Assembly: GCA_951406725.2 (NCBI GenBank)
Contig: OX597815.1
Location: forward strand, 17,360,001 to 17,424,000
Length of the DNA: 64,000 nt
Reading direction: 5' to 3'
Source: Octopus vulgaris
Lineage: Eukaryota
The translations under genes and the position numbers were made by a program. The notes below the pieces were generated by a model. That model was not told the DNA's origin and made no database searches. It worked only from the letters and a program-made list of their open reading frames with translations. Of this stretch, positions 53,383-64,000 are shown in pieces. Each line of letters starts with the position of its first letter. Positions within the stretch are counted from its first letter, which is position 1.

Positions 53383-54930
53383 TCTCTCTTAAACGTGATC
53401 CCACTCCCATTGTTTTTATGTATGCTTCGTTGTTATATCAACTTGAATATTTTTGCTAATACTTACAAACGTTATTGATATCACCCATGAATGTTTTAAA
53501 GATATATATATTTGTGTGTGTGTGTGTGTGGTGTGTGGTGTGTGTGTGTGTGTATGTGTGTATGTGTGTGTGTGTGTTGTATATTATGTATGAAGGAAGC
53601 AATTAAACTTACTTAGGACGTGCGAGAAAATAACACTGCTTCATATTGAATTGTTTAACGAAGCCATTGAAAAAATGTATCCCAATTGGCGGCATGAACT
53701 GAAAAGTTTAGATTTGATTTTAAGCAATAGACATACCCAAAACCTGCTTAGAGCTAGGAGCGAACCGGTTTGTAATAACGACTAATAGACACAATAAAGA
53801 AACAAAGAAACATATCTAACGGTCTAGTATACTGTCAATGTTTCTCAATGACTAGAAATTATTGTCTTTAGAGCAAGTAACAATCAATAAAATAGTATTA
53901 TTTCCCAATTCCGATTTCATTCAGAGATTTAGGCGTCAATTTAAACATTTGTCCGCGACAGAAATTGCAACAAAAGCTTTAAGAAATTGTTACAGTGAAA
54001 TTTAATATAGACTATATCAATGCTATGTTCAACAAAAACATTTTGCTTTCTGGTAACACTGGCTGTTAGTAGATATAAAATATGTATTATTTATTGTTGT
54101 CATTATGAATGCAAAATATAATAGCCTACCAAGATGTTTGCATAAGAGTGATCAATAATTTCTCTTTTGAATTGAATGAACATGGCTTTATTATCAACTC
54201 TATATACAATTTAAATATAGACGACTTTGTTATTAAGTTGGATTGTTCTTTATATATTTCTTGCTTTCTGTAGGTCATTGTAACATCTTTGTTAAATATT
54301 TCTAAAACTTTTGCTTGTTTTTTCATAATGAACCATATCACAATGATGCCAACTTAGAATTCATTATATAATTAATCAACGTTGCACTCCTCCATCTGGA
54401 CGACACCTAGTTTTGGTTAATTGACTGAGGCCTACATTTTAAATTCCCATCGATAATATTGAAATACCACCTGAAATTATTTCGGAATTTAATTTAAAGA
54501 AAAAGGTTTAAAACGTTGAAAATGTATCTCAAGTGCTTTTTATTCAACTATTCACTTTGTACCATTACAGTTTGAGAGAAGTAGGAAATTATCCTCAAAC
54601 CTTGTTCAAATAATTGCCACTGAGTGGACTCATTTAAAGTCGTCCTAGAGAGAGGTAAGGGTGTGAAACAGAACGACGGATGAAGCCTACCATGAAACGG
54701 GTTGATGATGTTCAGAATCCAGAAGAGGTGGAGGTAGGTAAGAATATGCTGTATGGAGAATCATTTCACAAATAAAGGTCTTTAGAATCAAAGAATGAAT
54801 AACATATTTTCAGTGTAGAGGCAGAACGTGTCAATTTCTGAAGGGAATAGTCCATTGTAATGAAAGGGTAAATAACTTATAAATATAAGGACTTCTAACA
54901 TAAAGGGTAGAGAATTAATATGGGAGAGAT

Positions 54931-55657
54931 CGTTGATAAACCTGGGTATGTTATTATTTATTATTTTTTATGTATGAGAAAAAATAAAAACCGCGAAAAC
55001 GATATATATAGACATCAATTTATTGGCACATAATACAATTATGAGCTACATCAAACTCGATTTCACCTGCAGCTGTTTCCATGGCCAATTGAATCAATTT
55101 GAGAAATTAAATTAAATTAAATTGAATAAAATTTATATATCGAATATCGTTCATTGGGTATTTCATCAGGGGAAGAATTTAATAGAAAGGGGCTGCATTC
55201 CGATGTGTCGTTTGACCCTTGATAAACTGAGATATATGCGTTTCAGCAACCAATGTATTTCAAAATACCATTACTTATATATATGTAAATGCAAACTTGT
55301 TTAATGCATTTGTACACGTGCACACAACCCCACTCCCAAATATTCATTAGTTAGCTTAAACGATATTTCGATACGATTACTTTAAACTAGAAACTAGAGA
55401 AAAAGAAACAAAAAAACATTATTCCTAAATTACACTATTACTTATGACAGATCGAAATGTCATTAATGTATTTAATCACTTAAGAAATTTAATTATAAGT
55501 CACCCAATTGCAGTCTAGAAATTACAGTTAAAAATATAAATTATTATTATTAATATTATAATTTTTAATTTTAAAACCATAGTTAAGTATATGTGATATT
55601 TACATTACATATTTGTGCGTGTGTGTTAATATGTTGAAAGCGACTAGACGATGATGA
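54931..55657 (-). repeat. Left arm of a long inverted repeat (PLE pseudo-LTR-like; HHR on the minus strand at 55063-55174)
   Basis: Reverse complement of 58584-58690 plus 59355-59924, colinear with scattered mismatches. Confidence 0.9.
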
Positions 55658-56198
55658 ATCAAAACTAATTGCTAATTATCATTGCTGAATATTACGTCAT
55701 CAATTATTGTGCATAATATATTTATTCACATAATAGTGTGAACAGATATACACGAGCTTAGTTGAAGAAAGCCCTAACGTTAACAAATCAAAATTAGTTA
55801 AATTAATAAAAATTAAAACCATTATTGAATTAATAAACTGCAGTAAATTATCTGCTACAGAACTGTTTCCGGAATTTAGCGCGCCAGAACTTAGACATAT
55901 GAAAATAATCCCTGTGTAATTGGTATTAGTTTTTCAAATTATATTGAATTTGGAACGATCGTACTGACGAGTCTGCGGACGAAGGATTACGTAAGAAATT
56001 TATTCGGTAATAGACAAAACCGGTATACGATTAATTCTTGATTTTTATATAATTTTCATGTCTTGCCCGCCTATGTTCTGGTGTTCGCTGAATTTTCTCT
56101 GGAGAACATTCTTTCTTTGTAGTTAGATTGTATGTGATCTTCTTCTAGCGTATGGTTATCCACCTAGTGGTTTTAGCCCTAAATATACACATGTATTG

Positions 56199-56240
<42 letters not shown>

Positions 56241-56343
56241 TATATATATATACATATAGTAGAGAATGTGACATTTATATTGTATATATATATATATATT
56301 GTATGTATATATATATACATACATACATACATACACACATACG

Positions 56344-56444
<101 letters not shown>

Positions 56445-56889
56445 CGTGCAAACTTTGATGCAACCTTCTCCTATGCAGATCTCCGAGGCAACCTTCTATA
56501 ATGCATATCTTCGATACAGACTTGACCGATTGTGCCCCTAGGAGATGTTAGGACTAGATCAGGATTAGTCGCTGCCTTTTAGAGGCTCCCGAGCCCTCTT
56601 TCGCTAGGTTATCTTAGGCTTATGTTAAGGCTTAGTTGTGATCCGAACATAGCCTCTTCTGACGCAGAGGATCGGGAGCCCTTTTGAGGGTTCTATTTTC
56701 CTTGCCGGAAGGGCAAGATGGGTTAGATGATGGGGTGGTGCTTTCGAAAGGGTCGGTATGTGCAACCTGGTCACCTCTGCCGGTCAAACCTCCAGCCCAT
56801 GCCTCCCCGTCACGACACTTATTCTGTAGAACTGGGTTGGGTGTGAAAGCCAACTTTAAAGTATAAATATAGATCTTTAGAATCAGCAA

Positions 56890-57337
56890 TGTTGTGTTCG
56901 GTTAAGTCCCATTTGGGGTGAAAATCAATAAACAGATTCCTTATCGAGTTTTCCATTCAATCAGGATGAAAAATCGATATACTGATTCCTTATAGGATTT
57001 CCCACTAAAATTAGCTTCACCCCATTTTCAACCATAACTTTTACCAATTTTGACGTATTTTGTCCAAACTTAATGCCGGCGTTACTTAAGACTCATGGGA
57101 TCTTTGAATGCTTTAACTTATCCGAAAAACATCTATAAGTGGAAAAATCGATTAACCGATTGCTTATAGGGTTTCCCAATCAAATTGTCTGCAACACATT
57201 TTCAACCAAAAGTTTACCAATTTCAATTGATTTCGCTCAAATTTCACGTTCGTGTTACTTAGTTTGGTTTGAAACAACGCGCTTGATTAGCTAATAATCC
57301 TAACTGAATCCTGGGCAATACCGGGCAGTACTGCTAG
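56890..57337 (+). mobile_element. Helitron-like 3' portion with internal subrepeats
   Basis: Three copies of GAAAATC(G/A)AT...GATT(C/G)CTTAT..G.TTTCC; ends with the hairpin CCTGGGCAATACCGGG and CTAG|T. Confidence 0.65.
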
Positions 57338-57401
57338 TTATTAGTATATTAGTCCTGAGATACTGCCAACATTTATAGTCCTGGTAACTTTCACATTGTA
57401 T

Positions 57402-58582
57402 TTAATGGTACTTTTTAAAAACATGTTTATAAGCGTGAACACAGGGTATCCCCACCACCTCTCTCCTTATATTAAGGAGTCTACGTTTGAATTTTAAGAT
57501 TTAGTATAATTCTTCTATGCAAAAAAAACAAGAGGCATTACCAATTTTATAAGCACTAGCTCTGCTTGTTAGCTCCTACTCCTCAGTAAACATTTTATTC
57601 TTATCCTTTAATCCCTTAATAAATTTTCTTAGACTGCTATAACAACTCTTATTTTTATTATGAAATGTATAATTGTGATTAGCGATGCGTTTTTTTATAT
57701 AGTTTTGCGTAGCACTGATGTAAAAAAACATTCATACCTTCAGAATTCACTTTACATCTATACACTACGTTTTTTTTTTACTATTATTATTAAACAAACA
57801 GTTACTTCTATCTTTGCAACCACAATATATATTTTCATTTCTATTCATATTACTGTTAAGATTTACATGATTTGATTTAATATGATTATTATTTATAACC
57901 TTACTTCTATTCTAAGATGAGATTTTAAGTGGGTTGTTTCCTCTCGTACATTAGAAAAATTATTTTTTTCATTTTTCACTAACATTATTTCCTAGAGTAT
58001 TTTTGTTGGATTTAATCGAGTAATTATTGTTATAAAAATTTGATAATTTCCCCTCATAAAGGGAAGTAATAATCTGGGACATATTCTTCGAAACAGAAAA
58101 AAAAAAACCACACGGAGAAAACTGGCGTTAATTACATCATAATATCTATTTTCTTTGGTGAAATGTATAGAAAACAGTTTGTATAAAGATCCAACTAAAT
58201 TGTTTTTAGTTTGCTTAGCAAATGGAATAATGATCCAAATAATATGATTCTTATCAGAAGGTAAATTATAAGTTTCAAATATTTTCATCTTATACAGAGT
58301 GTGTCTTTCAATTCCATTATTTCTATTAGTAATTTCATGCGCGTTATCCGATGTACGATACAATAAATTGGTTTTCATATTCTGTATATCATTTTTATCT
58401 ATAGGTCGTTTCTTCTTATTGTTTTTTCTATCCTTATTTCTATTTCTATTTCTATTATGTCCTTTACAGTTTTGGCTATCGTGAATAAACTCCATGTTAT
58501 TAACGTCAGCGTGGTCGACATTTTGAGCATAATACTTTAACTTCTGGTTATACCCAGCTTTGCTGTGCGCCATATAATAATA
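57402..58582 (-). pseudogene. Penelope-like element ORF C-terminus (Naiad-type thumb/linker and GIY-YIG endonuclease), disrupted
   Basis: KAGYNQKLKY...IIWIIIPFAKQTKNNL...LFSIHF...VIN; then YCGCKDRSNCLF...NVVYRCKV...(Y)ISATQN.IKKRIANHNYTF...SCFFCIEE..IL...LLNIRRE...CVH with frameshifts and stops. Confidence 0.82.
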
Positions 58583-58683
58583 GTCATCATTGTCTAGTAG
58601 CGTTCAACCCATTAACACACACAATCAAAAATATGTAATGTAAATATTACATATATTACTATGGTTTTAAAATATAAAATAAC

Positions 58684-58732
<49 letters not shown>

Positions 58733-58735
<3 letters not shown>

Positions 58736-59290
58736 GCCCTGATGCAGTACCAGGCAGTGGCTCTCATGGCTTCTGATCTTAATTGATTGGAAGTGTTATC
58801 ATGTACATTGTTTTGTCTTGGTATAAAAGATGGGCTACAGCAAATATTCTGCTCAATACCACAGATTTGCTTGTCAGTTGTTTGACCGTAACCAGTTGAG
58901 CATGTCCCTTAGTGGCTGACGATATGTGCATCTCTGATCACGAGCAGAAGTAGTGGGGGAGCATCATAGCCATGTGTTGAGAGGGATTCTTTGGGGTTTG
59001 AATAGTTCACCTCTGGAAACATGGGTGGTTCTTTCAACATCCTTAAACAACCCTTATTCAGGGACCGTTTGAGTGGGATGGGCTACTCAACCTGAAGAAA
59101 ATTCTAACTGGGCCCCACCTGCAAGGTCATGTGCTGTTTATCTTGATATGAGATCACCATGTCGCGCACATATGGTTGTGATGCATGTGCCTGGTGTACC
59201 CTTATCAGACGGGTAGTCATGATGGGTATATTGGGCTTCGTATATTTTACCCCAGTGTCACTTTGATGGCATGAACTGCTCTCTCACTCA
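58733..59290. mobile_element. ~560-bp non-coding insertion in an (AAT)n tract
   Basis: Absent from the left arm, where only a short (TTA)n is present (~55540-55552); flanked on both sides by expanded (AAT)n; higher GC than the flanks. Confidence 0.8.
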
Positions 59291-59313
59291 ATAATAATAA
59301 TAATAATGATAAC

Positions 59314-59358
<45 letters not shown>

Positions 59359-59687
59359 TTATATTTTTAACTATATTATTTTGATTGCAATTGGGTGATT
59401 TATAATTAAATTTCTTAAGTGATTAAATACATTAATGACATTTCGGTCTATCATAAGTAATAGTGTAATTTAGAAATAATGTTTTTGTTTCTTTTTCTAT
59501 AGCTTCTAGTTTAAAGTAATCGCATTGAAATATCGTTCAAGCTAACTAATGGTGGGTTTTTTTTTGTGCGCATGTGTACACATGCATTAAACAAGTTTGC
59601 ATTTACATATACATAAGTAACGGTATTTTGAAATACATTGGTTGCTGAAATGCACACATCGGAATGCAACTCCTTTCTATAAAATTC

Positions 59688-59799
59688 TTCCCCTGATGAA
59701 ATACCCAATGAACGATATTCGATATAGAAATTTTATTCAATTTAATTAAATTTAATTACTCAAATTGATTCAATTGGCCATTGAAACAGCTGTAGGTGA
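59688..59799 (+). ncRNA. Type I hammerhead ribozyme with a very long stem II
   Basis: CTGATGA (59693-59699), 83-nt imperfect hairpin, GAAA (59783-59786), palindromic ACAGCTGT, GUA site; stem I short and imperfect. Confidence 0.7.
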
Positions 59800-60264
59800 T
59801 ATTGAGTTTGATATAACTCAGAATTGTATTATGTGCCAATAAATTGATGTCTATGAATCAGTTTCTCCGTTTTTTTTTTCTCGAACATAATAAATGAAAA
59901 ATAATATGTCCAGGTCTATTAATGCTAAGCTAGCATTTTTGGTTTCCTGAAACGTACGTAGTGTTTATATTTATTATATTATATTATATACTGATCATTC
60001 ATTTAATACTTTTTGAGATCTAGTTATAAGTTATATGTTTTATAGATATATATTATTTTTTTTATTTATGTATTGGTTTATACCTATCACTGTTTGAGTT
60101 GCACAATAGTGGTTTTATCTGTAATTTACATTTTTGATATATATATATAGGTGCAGATATGGCTGTTAAAGATCTCGCTTTGTAATCACGTGGTTTCGAG
60201 TTTAGTCTCACGTTGGGAAAGTGCCTTCTTGTATAGCCCCAGGTTGACCACCAATGAATGACTG

Positions 60265-60401
<137 letters not shown>

Positions 60402-60896
60402 AATGTATATATAGTTAGTAGTGGAGAACGATCAATCGAATTAACAGTCATACGTTTGTTGAATTTATAATGTAAAAAAAAAACTAAATTTGCAAGTTAT
60501 AGTAAGCGAAGCTTTAATATAATGAAATATAATGAAAGTTTCGTATAAATACAGTATGGGAAAATTGCCAGTTGTCACTCAAGGACGATTCTTAATATAT
60601 ATATAGAATAGGAATGTTATTGAAATATAAAGAACAAAAATTTTGTTTTGTTTAAAAAAACCGCAACACTTCAGATAAACACGAGATGACATACAAAATC
60701 TCTTGTAAATGTATCTATAGATACGTAAAACTGAAACAGAAAAAGCAAACGATATTATAAAATGTGGCTAGATAATTAAATTTAGGTGGTATTATGAGTA
60801 TATAGAAAAGAAAAGGCCTCAAATGGTGAGATTTAAAATAATTATAAAACTGAAATTTTCATCTAATAAATATTTTGGGTATATTTAGCTGTATAA

Positions 60897-61110
60897 GGCG
60901 GCGTGAGCACGCCGGGCGAAATGATCAGCAGTATTTCGTCTGCCGCTACGTTCTGAGTTCAAATTCCGCCGAGGTCGACTTTGCCTTTCATCCTTTCGGG
61001 GTCGATAAATAAAGTACCATTTCGCACTGGGGCCGATGTAATCGACTTAATCCGTTTGTCTGTCCTTGTTTGTCCCCTCTGTGTTTAGCCCCTTGTGGGC
61101 AGTAAAAAAA
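60897..61110 (+). mobile_element. SINE family A monomer (small head deletion)
   Basis: TSD TATATTTAGCT(G/A)TATAAG on both sides. Confidence 0.9.
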
Positions 61111-61394
61111 TATATTTAGCTATATAAGATGACAGAGGTAACACCTTCAGATTACAAAAATCTCTTGGAGGTGAGATTAGTATATCTAATGTGAATGTAT
61201 GTATGTGTGTGTGTATGTATGTATGCATGTCATTGTTCAGTTTTATTTAAGATTTCTTGCCTGTAGAGAAAGAGCAGGTTTCTAATTTAGATCCAAGTTT
61301 CCTTCATCGGAATTTCAACATCAACAGCAAAGTATTTTTGTAAGTATGTATGTCTATATGTATATGTGCAGATTTGTGTGTTTTGTTTTATGTA

Positions 61395-62707
61395 TGTATT
61401 CTCATGCATATAGTTGCATATCTAGATATGCTCATATATATGTTTAAATGATAAACTTCTGGAAAGTTTTACAGATTTTTACAGTTCCAGTGATGGATTG
61501 CAGTCGTAGCCTTCGAATTAGCTTTCTCCTTTTTGGTTTTGAGAAGCCTAATTTCTCAAGATTGGTATTTAAGCAGTGTGTTATATATCACAGGGCCCCC
61601 AAAATTACAGCTATAAACCTGAACTTGTAATTTGAATAGAGTAACTGCAGATTTCTCAGTAGTTCAGCGTAGATATTCTCTTTTTCACCGACCTTCAGCT
61701 TTATGTTAACATCCGCTGGGCAGCCGATTTCCACAACTGTACTCAGTTTCTCTTCTCTATCCCAAAGTATGATATCAGGTCTCTTATGCTTACATTTTAC
61801 TGAGGTCTTCACTGGGACATTCCACCAGTACTTCTTTTTCTTCTGAGTGGCTATAGCTTCTAACATACTGTGGATTCTTATTTCTTTGTCCTCGGGGTTA
61901 TCCTTCTGATGGATTTCATTAAAGAGTGTTCTAACTACGACATCATGTCTTATCAGTAGATAATAACGTGATGATACTTTTGGACAACTGCTTATGATGT
62001 AGGTGATACCTTCGATGTTAACTCCACATAGTCTGCATCGGTTATCACATTTTACTGCTTTTCCTGCATCTCTATCCCTTTTGTGAATCAGGCATTTGGT
62101 TGATATTTCCTGTCCCTGTATTGCAAACACATACCCTTCAAAGTGGGAGGAAGGAATCCGGCTATTGGTCCATGATAGACTACTTTAATAATCAATGTTA
62201 CTATCATCACGGAGCTTTCTACTAACATATCCATGCATAGTCTTCTGCTCATATAGGCTCATCCTTTCATTTATAATACGTTGCGGTAGAGTCGTCCGAC
62301 TTCTTTGGGCATGTATTCTAGGTTATCACACAAGGAATGTTGCTCAAGGAGCTGCCTTCAAAGTCTTATGATGTTATCAGCCTCATGTATGCAAATTTGG
62401 TCAAAAGATGCACTTCGACACTTGGTAGTTTAAAGATGTTGCCGAAAGTATATGATATGACATTCAAAGGCATTTTTGATCGATGTTAGCCTCTGCTGCC
62501 TTGTTTTCACTTTAGTTAGAGGTGGTCTACATCACTGTTTATGTGGAAATTATATGTGCTTGTTAGTATTTTTCGGGTTTTCACATCAATGGCTCGGATC
62601 TCATCAAGCATCCAATCAAACAACCCAAATGTTGGTATGAGTACTGGCACTTCAAACACATTGTAGGCTACTATTTTATTGAATGCAGAGATTTCTGAGG
62701 TCCAAAT
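61395..62707 (-). mobile_element. R4/Dong-type LINE 3' part (RT thumb, CCHC knuckle, RLE)
   Basis: NKIVAYNVFEVPVLIPTFG...W..DEI..ID.KTRK.L; FAIQGQEIST...CRLCG...ITYIISSCP...RHD...RPDIILWD...VEIGCP.D...EK...Y..L...VILGAL; bordered by (TATG)n. Confidence 0.92.
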
Positions 62708-62897
62708 GTATGTATGTATGTATGTATGTCTGTCTGTATGTATGTATGTATGTATGTATGTATGTATGTATGTATGTATGTATGTATTGTGTATGTATTT
62801 ATGTAACGTAATGTATGTAGTGTAATGTATATCTGAATGTACGAATGTGCGCGCGGCGCGTGTGTATATGCGTGTGTATGTATGTGTGTGTGTGTGT

Positions 62898-62960
<63 letters not shown>

Positions 62961-63283
62961 CAAATCAGTATTAGATATGGATTAGATATTAACATTATTT
63001 ATAGTAGTTAATTTGTAGAATTCACAAGTAGAACAAATTGAAATTAAAACATGCAAAAACATTGAAAGTCTAAAATAAATGCAGAACACACTCACAAAAT
63101 GAAAATTAATGGAAGTTATTGTTTAATAATAGTTTATTAGCAGCGGTGTGAATATTTAAATACTCAACCTCCTGCTAGTTGAATCATTTTAAAATGATTC
63201 AAAATTAACACATTGGATCTTGCTTTAAACGTAGTAAAAAATGATGACGTTTTATTAAGGTCAAAATTCTTATTTTATAGGAT

Positions 63284-63505
63284 ACTCTTTTATTCTTTTA
63301 CTTGTTTCAGTCATTTGACTGCGGCCATGCTGGAGCACCGCCTTTAGTCGAGCAAATCGACCCCGGGACTTATTCTTTGTAAGCCCAGTACTTATTCTAT
63401 CGGTCTCTTTTGCCGAACCCCTAAGTGACGGGGACGTAAACACACCAGCATCGGTTGTCAAGCAATGCTAGGGGGACAAACACACATACACAAACACACA
63501 CACAT

Positions 63506-63538
<33 letters not shown>

Positions 63539-63704
63539 CATATATACGACAGGCTTCTTTCAGTTTCCGTCTACCACATCCACTCACAAGGCAATGGTCG
63601 GCCCGGGGCTATAGCAGAAGACACTTGCCCAAGATGCCACGCAGTGGAACTGAACCCGGAACCATGTGGTTGGTTAGCAAGCTACTTACCACACAGCCAC
63701 TCCT
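63284..63704 (-). mobile_element. SINE family B with a 63-bp flanking duplication
   Basis: Aligns to 3022-3441; flanks 63221-63283 and 63704-63766 are direct repeats. Confidence 0.92.
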
Positions 63705-64000
63705 GCTTTAAATGTAGTAAAAAATGATGACGTTTTTTTAAGGTCAAAATTCTCATTTTATAGGATGTTGAAATTTTACCAAGTTGAAAAGCCATATTGA
63801 TTGAGAAGCTCCTATTAGTTATTAGTTATACATTTTGGGTGGGGATGAATGCTATGTTGGAGGAATTGATTATCTATTTGTTTGCAATTTGAAAAAAAAA
63901 AATGATAGGATAAAAAGACTATTAAAAATTTTACCAATATATTAAAAATTATTGTTGGTCTATGAGATAAATTATTTGCAAGAAAAAATTATGTTCTATT

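Larger units (their letters stand above)
58584..59924 (+). repeat. Right arm of the inverted repeat, interrupted by an insertion
   Basis: See left arm; begins immediately at the truncated 5' end of the PLE ORF. Confidence 0.9.

Noticed and set aside
54100-54420. Possible heavily decayed PLE endonuclease (also 39140-39400, and possible RT at 6480-6760)
   Set aside because: Only scattered short motif resemblances across frames; needs a profile search.

Overview
AT-rich eukaryotic DNA that looks intronic or intergenic. I could not support any intact host gene. The SINE set, the dense (TA)n/(CATA)n/(GA)n microsatellites and the LINE mix suggest an octopod cephalopod (inference). Contents: about 25 tRNA-headed SINE insertions in three or four families; decayed LINEs (RTE, CR1-type, R4/Dong-type); Tc1, hAT, Helitron-like and MITE remnants; and several Penelope-like (PLE) fragments. 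Almost all long ORFs in the track are microsatellite artefacts or transposon remnants. Main signals: (1) many type I hammerhead ribozyme (HHR) motifs, including a 349-bp retrozyme-like tandem, a PLE with inverted ~730-bp arms carrying an HHR with a very long stem II, and a PLE whose 3' UTR has a tRNA-like Pol III cassette upstream of an HHR; (2) a TSD-bounded, ORF1-only zinc-knuckle retroelement sharing its 3' tail with the commonest SINE, which forms fixed-junction concatemers and repeatedly inserts at GGTATTT, including into its own relatives; (3) very long (63 and 126 bp) apparent target-site duplications. All calls are from reading by eye. Boundaries of decayed elements are approximate, and family names come from motif recall, not searches.
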